DNA from: Eukaryota sp. TZLM1-RC
Lineage: Eukaryota > Protista > Metamonada: BaSk clade
Length of the DNA: 64,000 bases
NCBI GenBank assembly: GCA_040285825.1
Contig: JAUPSS010000013.1
Span: 248,001-312,000, forward strand
Direction of reading: 5' to 3'
In this document: positions 12,538 through 23,651 of the stretch, in pieces
Layout of the letters: each line of letters starts with the position of its first letter
Position numbering within the stretch: the stretch's first letter is position 1
The notes under the pieces: model-generated
What the model was told of the DNA's origin: nothing
Seen by the model: only the letters and a program-made list of their open reading frames with translations
The model's database searches: none
Translations under genes and position numbers: made by a program

Positions 12538-15057
12538 ATGTTCAACAAAGACAATAAGTGGTCACCTGTTCTTCTTCTGTATATTCTGACGATTGCAGTT
12601 CATACAGGATTGTCTTATGTCATTTCCCGATGGGTACTATTTGCTGTATTCAGTCAGGTCGCACCTTTTGCACGTGAGTTGTTCTGGGATTCATCATTGC
12701 AACTGATTGTCCTTCTTAGTTATGGAATTTATGCTATACCTCACATTCTTTCGGCCATGATTGTACTAAGATTGACTGTGTTCTATGCAGGTCACACAGC
12801 TTTAATTCTACTGCTTCTAGCGCTCACCCAAACAGTTGTTTTTACAACTCTAGCTTTGTTGTACAGAAGGTGGTTTAGACTTGATTTACGAATTCCAACT
12901 GTTAGAGACGTACTCATTTACCTCTTCGCCATCTTGATTACACCATCATTAATGTTATGTTCATCGATCTACTCTTACTTCAGGTACAGTGCTAACGTTC
13001 TTGTTTTGATAATAGTGGGAGCTGAATTGGGCTTGTTCCTTCCAACATTGCTTGACTGGATGACCCTTGCAATTATCGCGTACGTGCTCCTTGGTCCTGT
13101 TTTTGCGAGCGTTCTGGTGATAATTTTTGATCATCTGTTGGTGAAAACAGCTCTTTGTTTCATGATACCCCAGCACTACCGTCATTGTCATGGTACAATA
13201 AGCTGCTTCATCTGCAATCGTCCTCAACTACCGTTACTCGTTTGGCCTTTACTCTTGGTCAACATGGCATATGTAGGATTGTTGGTTTGGATCTCCGTAA
13301 TTGGACCGGAGTTGAGTTATTTCGTGCTCTTGTTTGTACCTTTCTCATTTTACTTCATCTATCATGGATACTATGCTGCAGTGTTCTGGGGATTGAGTGT
13401 CTTTGTAGGTGTCTTGATATTTGTTGCACTTTTTGTGATTATTCCAACACCGGGTGTATCATTAGTCTTTACCGGTGTCTCTGCAGCTACCATTATACTT
13501 CTATCCGCAATTTTGTCTGATGACATAAAGCGTGAACGTCTGCGTTCAGCAGCATTACTTGAAGCAGCTGTTCAGAAACGAACAGAAGAGCTAGTCTGTG
13601 CGAGAGACGAGCTACAGGAGAGTATATCTGTAAGGAACCAGTTCTTGATTGATATTTACCAGTCCACGAAGGACATTTATGAGGAGACAAAGTCCTCAAT
13701 GGTTGAACTATCCCAGGTACCGTGTTCTCCCCAGGAACAGACCTACGTACGAGATGCAATGACAGCCGCTGGTCAGTTGGAATGGTTCTTGGAGGATCTC
13801 AAACTTGTGACTGAGTTGGAGGACGCTAGTTTGGTTGAAAAGCAGGAACCCGTATGCTTTTACACAGTGTTTGATGTTGTTGCAAGTAGAATATCACATT
13901 GTAACATACATTGTATTCACCTTTATGACCTTTTACCCAATGTACATGTGCCTTTAATAGGCACGAATAAGTATCTATTTGAGAAGATGCTCTTTATACT
14001 TTTGAGGATGTATTTCTCATTCACCTCTGAGAGGGATCTTTCTGTGATGTTGATCAGTTACAGGGAACATTATCTTCATACAACATCACCCTTCGAACGT
14101 CGTGAAACATTGACTCAAGGTAGAATTGTTGTTCCTCATGATGCATCCATTTGTATCCTAATGGAATTGAAAGATTCGCAATTGTTTCATGAAAAGATTG
14201 AAGAGATGCTGGCACTCCATACTGAACAGCAATACTTCTTTGTTTCTTATCTACTCTTACTCAAAGTATGTGAGCTCCTGAACACAGAACTATTCATAAC
14301 AACCACAGGTAACATTGTTTTAAGAGGATTTTATCCAGTTCAAGATATTGGCGACTACTCGTCTCTAGCCAAAACAGTTTCTTCAAAGTTTCCAACAGCC
14401 AAAGTTATCACAAACAATTTTTTGTTGAGAAAACATTTATTGTCAATTCTGGAAACCAGTGGAATAACGGTTGATCATTCCCCTCATTGTCCACCGGTGT
14501 CTCTTGTCATTATTGATGAAGCAAGTGTTGATCCACTCGAGTATGAAGATTTTCCAGATACAGTGCTGGAGACAAACAAGGTTTTGTTTTGTGGATCTGA
14601 CGTACGTTTGAACAAAATTAAGCATCCAATCTATTTGGCAAAACTATTGCATTTTATATCTCAAGATTCACGACCCCTTCTAAATCCTGATATTTATGTT
14701 TTGTATGGGTCGATTGTTCAACGTACTTTGTTATCATTCCTGCTGAGAAAGTACAAAGTAAATGTTTTGTTGAGAAACAATACTGAGGAAATTTGCCAAG
14801 AAATTGTAAACAAGTTTGAAAAGGGTGACAATTTACCTCTTTTCTTTATCTTCGACGACCCTTGTTGCCCATCAGGAACTTCAGCAGAGTCTGTGCGATA
14901 TTTCGCAACATCATTTGATGTAAATCATGCTCCTGTCATTGTTGCAATCGATCCTCTCGCACCCAGCAATAATTTCAATCACTCCATGAAGCAAGTGATG
15001 AATGGTCGAGTGATGGATTCATTACTGATACAGTCACATACCTTTTTTGATAGATAA
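12538..15057 (+). CDS. Multi-TM (MASE1-like) degenerate hybrid histidine-kinase-like protein
   Basis: Many N-terminal TM helices with MASE1-like RLDLRIPTVRDVLIYL; signalling helix AAVQKRTEEL; HisKA-like helices lacking the phosphoacceptor His (NQFLIDIYQSTK); two receiver-like segments. Confidence 0.7.
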   Translation: MFNKDNKWSPVLLLYILTIAVHTGLSYVISRWVLFAVFSQVAPFARELFWDSSLQLIVLLSYGIYAIPHILSAMIVLRLTVFYAGHTALILLLLALTQTVVFTTLALLYRRWFRLDLRIPTVRDVLIYLFAILITPSLMLCSSIYSYFRYSANVLVLIIVGAELGLFLPTLLDWMTLAIIAYVLLGPVFASVLVIIFDHLLVKTALCFMIPQHYRHCHGTISCFICNRPQLPLLVWPLLLVNMAYVGLLVWISVIGPELSYFVLLFVPFSFYFIYHGYYAAVFWGLSVFVGVLIFVALFVIIPTPGVSLVFTGVSAATIILLSAILSDDIKRERLRSAALLEAAVQKRTEELVCARDELQESISVRNQFLIDIYQSTKDIYEETKSSMVELSQVPCSPQEQTYVRDAMTAAGQLEWFLEDLKLVTELEDASLVEKQEPVCFYTVFDVVASRISHCNIHCIHLYDLLPNVHVPLIGTNKYLFEKMLFILLRMYFSFTSERDLSVMLISYREHYLHTTSPFERRETLTQGRIVVPHDASICILMELKDSQLFHEKIEEMLALHTEQQYFFVSYLLLLKVCELLNTELFITTTGNIVLRGFYPVQDIGDYSSLAKTVSSKFPTAKVITNNFLLRKHLLSILETSGITVDHSPHCPPVSLVIIDEASVDPLEYEDFPDTVLETNKVLFCGSDVRLNKIKHPIYLAKLLHFISQDSRPLLNPDIYVLYGSIVQRTLLSFLLRKYKVNVLLRNNTEEICQEIVNKFEKGDNLPLFFIFDDPCCPSGTSAESVRYFATSFDVNHAPVIVAIDPLAPSNNFNHSMKQVMNGRVMDSLLIQSHTFFDR

Positions 15058-15301
15058 TATTAGTAAATATTAGTTGAATAGAAGATTGGAAAATTAAAGA
15101 GGTGTGTTGTGATTTTTTGTCAGTTTCTCATGTAGTTTGTGATTGTTGGCTTCAGTCCAGTGTTCGCAATGGACACGTGCTGACACGTGTTAAGGGTGAA
15201 TCCGAACACTGCTTCAGTCAGCTCTTGATTCTTGGTCCTGAAATTTAAATCAATTTTGAATGCTAAGCTGTTTCTTCAAACACTTCTTTTTGAACAGATG
15301 A

Positions 15302-15402
15302 TTGATCTTGATATATAATGCAAACCATAATAATCAATCAATTGCCGATTTCGGAAACCCAGTCAACAACTCCCCAACTTGATCTTGATATATAATGCAA
15401 AC
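15302..15402. repeat. 24-bp direct repeat pair around a 53-bp spacer
   Basis: ttgatcttgatatataatgcaaac at 15302-15325 and 15379-15402. Confidence 0.85.
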
Positions 15403-15789
15403 TGACCTAAATAAACTTTCGATTAAATCTGGCACAACTTGTCTCCTTTACACTATGTGTATTGAGTAGAAGTCAGTACTCAAGAAATGCTTGTTAGTTG
15501 AGAGAGCATATTGTTGGAGGAAGGGAAGATGATTTCAGAGTGTTGTAGTGAGGACAATTAGTCTAGTATAGACTTCACTAGTGATGGCCTTTATAAAGGC
15601 CTGTGAATTTTAAAAAATATTCTTATTCTTCTACTGTTTATCATGTCAACAGCATCATCAATTAATGGGTAATCCTTGGACCTTGGATAAATCAATGTTT
15701 TTTTGCTTTATGTGCACTTTTCGTCATAAACAGAAATAAAAACGGGTGTTTATGATAGAATATAAGAAATCAATGAATAAAATTAACTA

Positions 15790-16110
15790 ATACAATAATA
15801 CGGATGTGAGATCCAATGATGTGTGTAATGATTCTTCTATACCAATGGCTCAATCAAAATATAGGGACCCCTGAACTGTTCCCGAAACAGCCAAAATTGA
15901 CAAATATAAAGCAAAATTGCTATCCTTGAATGCAGAATCGCATACTCATTATGTCCTCTGTCCATTTACAGTTTCCCTTCAAGGCTCGCTTGGACCTCTT
16001 GCTTTATTTTTTCTGGATGATTTTGTTGAAATTGTGAAACAACGTACTGGAAGAGTTTTTGACAAGAGTTTTTGGCAAAACAGAATTGTATTTTTAATTT
16101 TCAAAGGGTT
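15790..16110 (+). mobile_element. CRE-like RLE fragment, family E
   Basis: DVRSNDVCNDS...KIDKY...LCPFTVSLQGSLG...FWQNRIVF; related to 59370-59580. Confidence 0.8.
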
Positions 16111-16177
16111 TAGCCACAGCTAACAGTCAATCCCTATTCATAACTTCCTTATTACTGTTCGTGTATGATTTCCAAAC

Positions 16178-16343
16178 AAGGGCGTCTGGTCGTATCAAAC
16201 GTATCATTATGGGACTCAACAAGAAATCACTCAAACCATGCGGTTTTTGCTTCGTTGAATACTATACCCGTGCATCGACTGAGATTGCCATGAGGTATAT
16301 CAACAGAACAATACTAGATGAAAGGGAAATCCTGATTGTTTGA
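16178..16343 (+). pseudogene. NCBP2: Fragment of nuclear cap-binding protein subunit 2 (CBP20)
   Basis: GRIKRIIMGLNKKSLKPCGFCFVEYY is the CBP20 RRM signature. RNP2 region and C-terminus are missing; frame breaks at about 16340. Confidence 0.75.
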
Positions 16344-16837
16344 TTGAAAATCATCAAAGCATGTTTGATGATTCTGACACAATGCAGCTTTAAGACTTTC
16401 ACCTGTGTGGTAACCAGTCAAATTTCAATTGTCTCACTTCTACTTCAATCAGTCACAATGATGTCATAACATCATCTCCATTGATACTGTAATATGTCAC
16501 AGACCACATGTTTAAGGTGTGTATATTGTTTCTAATTTTTTTACTAAAACCTATAAATCAACATCTGAAAAATCCATCTCTTCCAAAACAAAAACACTAG
16601 CTCCAACTTTCTCATAGTCAGATCCAAAAGAATGCAAAGCATCAGAATTGATGCGGCGAGCAGAAAGAGACATAACAAAAGGTTGGGCAATGGGATTATA
16701 TACACAATAGCATATTGTTTGGGGCATAATGTTTGGGGAGTTTTGGGGGAATTGTATTCAACATAAAAATCATCCACAGTTCAAGTTTTCAACAACAAAG
16801 CTTTTTTAATTTCATCTTCACAACTATTTTTTAACTC

Positions 16838-17179
16838 ATGTCTTCCTCCTCCACAAACAGAATACTCTTTGTCCGTAACCTACCCCATTCTGCATCACAT
16901 GAAGAACTCTTTGAACTTTTCGGTACTTATGGACCTATTCGACAACTAAGACTTGGTACTGTATCCAAAACCAGGGGTACGTGCTATGTGGTTTATGAAG
17001 AACTTGATGATGCCAAGGCTGCTGCTGGAGAACTTTCAGGATTTCTGTTCAAAAGCTTCTACCTCAAAGTAGGATACTTCAACCCGCAGAGAGTTCTACG
17101 CGAACTACGAGACGAACAGAAGGCATTGCACAGAGATGAATTGACACAACGGATTCAGAAGGAAATTGGGACGGCTTAG
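16838..17179 (+). CDS. SF3B6: Splicing factor 3B subunit 6 (SF3b p14)
   Basis: NRILFVRNLP...ELFGTYGPIRQLRLG...TRGTCYVVYE...AKAA...LSGF...YLKVGYF. Confidence 0.92.
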   Translation: MSSSSTNRILFVRNLPHSASHEELFELFGTYGPIRQLRLGTVSKTRGTCYVVYEELDDAKAAAGELSGFLFKSFYLKVGYFNPQRVLRELRDEQKALHRDELTQRIQKEIGTA

Positions 17180-17959
17180 GATCTATCCTTTGGGTGGAAT
17201 AGCAGTTTGTTGCTACATTTACTACTGCCACTATAGAATTTTTATTATTTTTTTATTATTTGGTCTTTATAATTTTTCTCTTTTTTTGGGACTTTATCAC
17301 TCAATTGTTTGTTTTTTGTGTTTTTTTGCTATATTTCCACTATATTTTTGATATATGAAATAGAATTTTAATGAAATATATTAGAATTAAATCAATTTGA
17401 ATTAATTAAATTCTTGTTTAACTTAAAAACTTCTGCGTGCTAAAACCGAGCTCGTCATACTTCATAAAATTCTTTTATTTGGTCAATAATTATACACACA
17501 CAATTGTTGTTTGGGAGTTCTAGAGGAGTTCTAGGTTTGTTAATAATTCTTTGTTTAATGACTGCGGTTATTTATAACAATAGTTTTGAACAATTTAAAT
17601 ATCTGAAAGTAAACATAGTTCAATTTTGATTAAATTTCATTCTTGATATTCGCAATGAAATGAAACAAATATTCAAAAATTCAAAACAATTGCGGCGATT
17701 AACAAGATGGATGCTACAGTTGGCGACATTAAAGTTGATAAAGATTATTAATATCATTTCCAACATTAAATTGAAATAGGTAAAAATTCAATTAAATTTC
17801 TGAAAATCATTGACCATTGAGGGATTATGTCAGTTAACGAAACTATTTGGACTCATTGGTGTTTATAACCATGCAATAAACAAAAGAATTTAAATTTAAA
17901 TATATAAAAAAACTAAAAAATAAATTGATATAAAAAACAACGATAAACAACACCAAACC

Positions 17960-19519
17960 CTAACTCCGATCAATAACCTCCTCCAAATTCTTTGTAAGTT
18001 CTTTGACATGCTTTTCATAAGTCGCAATCACCTCTGCCAGCATTGCCATTCTCTCTACATCAGTCTCTTTATCCACAGCATTGATGTTAGTGCCAGCACA
18101 AGACTTAATGCCCACTGCACGGGAATCATAATCAGGATGGTTAGGATCATCTTTGGAGAGTAGAATCCGTTTGGCAGCAATGAAAGCACCCTCCATGATT
18201 TGAATAAAGATGTTCAACATGCAATAAATGAAAAAACAAATGTAGGAATAAATATAAATTCTAGAAATAACTGGCGCAGAAATGTAAATATCATCAAAAA
18301 CTTCAAGAATCTCATCACCATTAATCAAAGCAAATAACGTCACACAGGATTGTCCAATGGTGTTGAACTTCTCAGAGACAGTAGCAAACAGTGCAGTTCC
18401 AAACAATGCATAACCAAAGTAGATTGGCATTCCTCCAACAACATAGGAAATGCCAATCTTCATGCCTCTATTGAGTGTAAGAACTAGAACGCCACAGTCC
18501 TTAATGAATTTGAGGTAGTACAAAAGACATAACCAAGAAAGGAAACAGGCAAAACCATTGACGAAAAGGAATGATTTTGACGTTGCCGAGAAGGAAAAGG
18601 CTATTTGGAGAAGGGAGAAAGACGAAGAGATGATGCTAAACGAAGCAGTTAGAATGAACAGGAAATTCCAATTATTTGGTGAATTAGACGAATCAAAATC
18701 AGAAACAGAGTCAAATACACCACTTACATTAATTAACTTCAAATTTTTTTTGGTCTTTGATTTCGTAAACAACGATTTAATTAGGTCCTTGAGAACTAAA
18801 ACAAAAGAACAAAAAGAAACTAATAAAAGAATTATCGAGACGTAAAATGTAATTGTAAGGGAGTTTAGGGATAGTAAAGAAAAAGAATCGGTTTGTCGGA
18901 AGAAATCAATCCAAAGTGATATGCCTACCCGACCCCCACGTGCGGAGAAATCATACTTGACGGTTAAAAACCACATCACGTGATATTGTTCAGAATTGTG
19001 GCGACTTTTGTTGAAATCATCAGAGCGGTAGTAAGTCATGTTAAGCTTCATTTCGAGTCGAATGTCCTTTGAAGTTCTAATGACATCACTTACATCCTCT
19101 CCACCCAATGGTCCTAACGGATCTTCTTCCGAAAGCTCGTGTTCTTTTGTCTTGGTAGTGAGCTTTGGGTTGGCCTTGGGGTCATAGATGGACATGCCCT
19201 CGGTGTAGGATGTGACAAAAAGTGAGGGCGGGAACGTACGAACAGAGTCAGTGCCTACTATTCGGTCTGTGAGAGTATTGGGGAGGTCATAATAGTTGAG
19301 AACAATGGTTTCTGTGGTTTCCACCAGATCATCAATTGTGTAGATCCAGTATTGACGTTCTCTGTTCGGAACTGGTTCCTGAAAGTCATCATCATCAGGA
19401 AATATTTTGCCATGAAGCATGTGTTGACTCAAAGGGAGATGTTGAACAGTAGAATCTAAAGGAACAACAACTAAAAACGTAGTTAAAACAACGAGGGCCA
19501 CATGGAGAGGAAAATGCAT
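17960..19519 (-). CDS. Mucolipin/TRPML (polycystin-2 family) cation channel
   Basis: TM1, long luminal loop, five further TMs; pore FNTIGQSCVTLFALINGDEILEVF; SRIYIYSYICFFIYCMLNIFI. Start codon uncertain. Confidence 0.88.
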   Translation of the reverse strand: MHFPLHVALVVLTTFLVVVPLDSTVQHLPLSQHMLHGKIFPDDDDFQEPVPNRERQYWIYTIDDLVETTETIVLNYYDLPNTLTDRIVGTDSVRTFPPSLFVTSYTEGMSIYDPKANPKLTTKTKEHELSEEDPLGPLGGEDVSDVIRTSKDIRLEMKLNMTYYRSDDFNKSRHNSEQYHVMWFLTVKYDFSARGGRVGISLWIDFFRQTDSFSLLSLNSLTITFYVSIILLLVSFCSFVLVLKDLIKSLFTKSKTKKNLKLINVSGVFDSVSDFDSSNSPNNWNFLFILTASFSIISSSFSLLQIAFSFSATSKSFLFVNGFACFLSWLCLLYYLKFIKDCGVLVLTLNRGMKIGISYVVGGMPIYFGYALFGTALFATVSEKFNTIGQSCVTLFALINGDEILEVFDDIYISAPVISRIYIYSYICFFIYCMLNIFIQIMEGAFIAAKRILLSKDDPNHPDYDSRAVGIKSCAGTNINAVDKETDVERMAMLAEVIATYEKHVKELTKNLEEVIDRS

Positions 19520-19583
19520 TGGAATTAGGTCGTTAAAAGAAGTGTGACGAAAGGTCGTCCTTCTCGGATCTTCAGCTGTTTTG

Positions 19584-20828
19584 ATGGCTCCATCTCATGA
19601 TATGCTCTCTAATCCTCCTACAAAAGACTTTGCTCACAAACGCTGTCCTTTAGTGTTGAAATATGGGCCGACAGAAGATCCTACCATGATATCTGCTCAA
19701 ACTCTTCCTCTCGACCAGATTTCACAATTACGTGATGAACTTCAACTGATAATACATGAAATATCTGCCTTCAGAAAAACCACCTTTGACCCTCTGTCTG
19801 AGAAACTTCGTCCTCTCTCCTTACGACAAGAGTCAGCACTAGAATCTTTTTCAGGAGCCCTTTCAGACGAAGAGGTTGTCCCCCCATCTAAGCGCAAAAG
19901 GAAAGAAAAGCCAGCCCCAAGACGACGAGGAGGTACTACTGAGCGTCATCGTGCTAAACCTAAACCGGAGACCACAGCCCGTAAGGAGAAGAAGGATAAG
20001 GAACTTGAAAACCCTGCTGTGCGTCTTCTCAATGACCACATCAACCAGTGGCTTGGCCTGCCTCCTCGTAATTTGGAAGAAATCAAAGCTGAAATCCAAA
20101 AGTACACCGAACCCAGTCGATTCACTGATGATATCCCACCGTGGCCTCCTGTAGGTAATCATTACTCAGAACGATGGATCCGAGAAGATGAACAGAATCG
20201 GCAGGAGTTAATGAGGCTTGTTTCTTCAATGTCCATAGAAAGGAGGGAACAATTGTTCAAGGATGACCCTGAACTCAGCCTTTTAGTCAACCAAGCACCC
20301 AAGTTTAACCTTGTTTTTAAACCAGAAACGCTTTCTCTACAAGATGATGTGTGTTCAGTGGTCAAATCAATGTTAACCCCCGCCAATGGAGTTTCCTTTA
20401 TCAAGCAGTCACTTTCCGATGATGAAGAGGACAAGTCCTTGGAAGATGCTTATATGGAACTCAAAGCAAGACACCAGGACGTATTTGATAAAGTTGTCCA
20501 AGCCAAGAACCATTTGAAGCAAATTTCTGACATGTCTCTTATACGAAAACGACGTAACATTGATAAACGATGGAACTTTATCTCTACAGCTATCAACCAA
20601 ATAGCTGGTGTTGATTCTAAAAAGAAGTCTAATAAAAGTACAGAGGAAGTTGCGGTTGATTACGTGTCTAAAATGATTAATATGAGGTTGATTGATGATT
20701 CTCTATTGAAATCATGGAAACAATATAGACCATTGCTTTACCAAATTCACCAAAATGTCCTGGTCAGTAAGAATTACTCGGAGGGTTTTATGGAGATCAT
20801 AGATGATGAAGATGCAGTTTTGATGTAG
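19584..20828 (+). CDS. TADA3: ADA3/NGG1-like SAGA histone acetyltransferase module subunit
   Basis: PPVGNHYSERWIRED resembles the TADA3 IPPLGKHYSQRWAQED motif; the N-terminal helix LDQISQLRDELQLI and basic linker also fit. Confidence 0.65.
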   Translation: MAPSHDMLSNPPTKDFAHKRCPLVLKYGPTEDPTMISAQTLPLDQISQLRDELQLIIHEISAFRKTTFDPLSEKLRPLSLRQESALESFSGALSDEEVVPPSKRKRKEKPAPRRRGGTTERHRAKPKPETTARKEKKDKELENPAVRLLNDHINQWLGLPPRNLEEIKAEIQKYTEPSRFTDDIPPWPPVGNHYSERWIREDEQNRQELMRLVSSMSIERREQLFKDDPELSLLVNQAPKFNLVFKPETLSLQDDVCSVVKSMLTPANGVSFIKQSLSDDEEDKSLEDAYMELKARHQDVFDKVVQAKNHLKQISDMSLIRKRRNIDKRWNFISTAINQIAGVDSKKKSNKSTEEVAVDYVSKMINMRLIDDSLLKSWKQYRPLLYQIHQNVLVSKNYSEGFMEIIDDEDAVLM

Positions 20829-21439
20829 TTTATTTTTGTGGTTGTTTTTGGTCATTATTTTGGCCTTTTTGTATATTTATTGTGTGGTTTTGTACTTTGA
20901 TTTGTTGTATTTAGCTACATTTTGTGTTTTTTTGCTTATTTAGATTGTTTATTTCGGATTTACTTTCTGTTCACTAAGACCTATAAAAGGAATGTTATTG
21001 TTTGATGTTACACTTTAATGTTACACTGAATCAATTACAAATCAAATGCAACATTTCTGCTTTGCATAAATCTTTCTCATTTTTCAATTGTGATTATTAA
21101 TATAGATGATGATATTACTCACCATTAACGGAATTTATTGAAGCACTAAAATTGACAAACAAACTCATAAATTCAGCCAGTCCCATTAACAATAAATGAT
21201 GCTTACCAGATTAAAAACAAGAGACAATTACTACATTGAAAAATAAACCACAAGTTAATCTTGAACATGAACCAACATTTTGTATCGATCTATAGTCATA
21301 ATGGATTAATTTTAGTGAAAATTTATAAAAAAAACTCTGACAAATAAAACAATATTTACAGAAAAACTATTGAAAAGAATACAATTGAAGAAAGAAACAC
21401 GTCATCCTGACGTCATGGTCCAAATGATCACCTGAATAT

Positions 21440-21772
21440 CTAATGTCCAAGAGCAGCAAACTTCTCAGTCAGCCACTGAACTTGCTGCTTTAAGTCGTCA
21501 ATCTCCTTGTATAATATAGAACAGTTTTGACATCCTCCATGATCATCATTGGAATGAGTGGCTGATTCAAGGGGAAAAGAGTATTCTGGAGGACTGTTTT
21601 CTCGAGTAAAGAAAGATCCCACAGCACGTCCAATGGCAAGACGTATTTCCCATGCATCTCTGTGTAACTGCTGTTTGTCATGTACTTTCTCGGGGATAAA
21701 AAGTTCCGGGATTGTTTCATCAAGATATGTGAGAACGTCTGCTGTATTGACTGTGCAAAAAGGCAGAGACAT
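21440..21772 (-). CDS. Hypothetical 110-aa protein with CxxC and a short coiled coil
   Basis: ATG-initiated ORF with coding-like composition, divergent from the neighbouring gene. Confidence 0.5.
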   Translation of the reverse strand: MSLPFCTVNTADVLTYLDETIPELFIPEKVHDKQQLHRDAWEIRLAIGRAVGSFFTRENSPPEYSFPLESATHSNDDHGGCQNCSILYKEIDDLKQQVQWLTEKFAALGH

Positions 21773-21861
21773 TTAAGTGAAAGAGTGGAACAAATTCAAA
21801 TAATATAACAAATGCTACTGAATAAATAAGTGTCCTTCTACGTACTTATACTGTGTAGTCC

Positions 21862-23004
21862 ATGGAGCACTCGGTAGTAGGTGGTAGAGTCATTGACCTC
21901 ATTCCTCACGAATCTTCAGGTGATGTTTGTTTTCTATCCATTGTCTTATCATCTGCTTCCTTGGACCTGACATTTGTCGCAGATTCTCTTCCTCAAAACA
22001 CCACTTTTGCGTTTAAATACCAAATCTTTAATTTTGTAATTCGTAGCCAACCATTTTCTCAGCTTCACATTCCCAAACTTCCTACAGACAAGGTTACATT
22101 TGCCCTACGTGCTCCACGTCATCTCTTCAGTTGTAACCTTCCTTCCTTGACAGTAGAACTGGTCACTAACACCAACATCGTTCTCGCAACAACGTCCTTC
22201 AACCTAAGCTCTCTCTCCACAACATCATCGCTTACCTCAACTTGTCCTTTTTCTTTTCATGAAGAACATCGATTTCTAGATCCCAATACTTCTCAGTCAG
22301 CCACTCTTACTGTTTCTTTATGGTTCCAGTGGCAGGAGAAAGTGGAGCCAAATACTGAAGTGGACAGTGGTTCGCTGGCTTTGCCACCCGGGAATACTTC
22401 ATTTCCGAGATCTTACGATGAAGTCAACCAGTGGAAGGAAAAGGAATTGAAAAAAATCAAAAGTTATTTCATGGAAATTGAGAAAAATAGATTAAATGCA
22501 ATTCAGCGGGAATGGCACCTGCGTTGTCAAGATAAAACATTAGAGTTTGAGTCGAGATTGCGTAGAATAAGCAAGAGAGATTTGGAAGTTGAGCAATCCA
22601 CTATGGAAGTTTTGGGAAAAAAAGAAAATATAGAGTTGAATATTTCAAAAATTCAGCAGTCGGTTGAAAGGTTTGAATTTTATAAGCAACGATATCAAGA
22701 AGTTGAGAAAAAAAGAAGAGAATTAGATGAAATTTTGACGAAAATTAAGTCAAAAGTACAGAATTCCGAGGAAACTGAATTATTGTCTCAATTGGATAAA
22801 CTAAGGAGACGAAAGACACAAGTTAGCCAAAGCATTGCTAAATTAGAAAGTGAGTTAGATTTCAACAGGACAAAATTAAATAATTTGGCGAGACAATTAG
22901 TTTTTCTTAAAAAAAGACTTGAAAGTCGTCGCTCTTTGGAAAGTAACTTGGATATTATTGATGAATTTAAGTCAATAAAACAAGCAATTTTGAGTTTAAA
23001 ATAG
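21862..23004 (+). CDS. Compact CEP120-like centriolar protein (C2-like domain plus coiled coil)
   Basis: FKYQIFNFVIRSQPFSQLHIPKLPTDKVTFALR resembles the second C2 domain of CEP120; EVNQWKEKE...LNAIQREW resembles the start of its coiled coil. Confidence 0.55.
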   Translation: MEHSVVGGRVIDLIPHESSGDVCFLSIVLSSASLDLTFVADSLPQNTTFAFKYQIFNFVIRSQPFSQLHIPKLPTDKVTFALRAPRHLFSCNLPSLTVELVTNTNIVLATTSFNLSSLSTTSSLTSTCPFSFHEEHRFLDPNTSQSATLTVSLWFQWQEKVEPNTEVDSGSLALPPGNTSFPRSYDEVNQWKEKELKKIKSYFMEIEKNRLNAIQREWHLRCQDKTLEFESRLRRISKRDLEVEQSTMEVLGKKENIELNISKIQQSVERFEFYKQRYQEVEKKRRELDEILTKIKSKVQNSEETELLSQLDKLRRRKTQVSQSIAKLESELDFNRTKLNNLARQLVFLKKRLESRRSLESNLDIIDEFKSIKQAILSLK

Positions 23005-23418
23005 GGCTTAATTATTTTTACTTATTTTTTTGCCTTTTGTTATTTTTTTCAGTTTGATTCTGTATATTATTTATTTTTTTCTTGTAAGTTTGTTTGATTC
23101 TGTGACATTTTTTATTTATTTGTTAGTTATTTTTATTTATTTTTTTATTATTTGTTATTTTTCCCTCTATTCATTTATTTGAAACTTGTGCATTGTATTA
23201 TATTATTTGTGTTTCCTTTGTTGTAAAAGAATTTTCCAATTTTTTTGTACTTGTAGCACATTCGCACTGGTTTGTTTTATGTCAAAATTAACGAAATTAC
23301 AGGGATGACTACCGGTTAACCGAGAATAAAACAAAACTTGTATTATAGTATCAATTGAAGAAATTATTGAAGCGCAAGCTTCTCTAACAAGGATACCATC
23401 ATATTCAAAGCTTGTCCT

Positions 23419-23593
23419 TCAATTCAATTTGCCATTATTAATAAATTGCCTCGGTTTTTCAATCGAATTAGAGAAGCTTTAGCTAGACAGCAAGCAGATC
23501 AAGATTTTGTAGAGGAAATCTTAGTTCAATGAATTTCGTCCCATTAGTTGAGATTTTATTTTGTCAAGTGTGTAAGTTTAATAAAAGTCAAAG
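23419..23593 (+). mobile_element. Short 3' fragment of CRE-like family C, flanked by a TSD-like repeat
   Basis: IQFAIINKLPRFFNRIREALARQQADQDFVEEILVQ* plus 3' UTR; aagcttgtcct at 23408-23418 and 23594-23604. Confidence 0.8.
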
Positions 23594-23651
23594 AAGCTTG
23601 TCCTATGATTATAGACAAAAACCAAAGCAAAGAGACAAAAAGCAGCCAGCT

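Noticed and set aside
15302-15402. CRISPR-like repeat-spacer-repeat
   Set aside because: Only two repeats, eukaryotic context, no cas genes.
19519-19593. Upstream ATG plus non-canonical intron extending the mucolipin N-terminus
   Set aside because: Donor gtcaca lacks the +5 G and the spacing-predicted acceptor gives the wrong frame.
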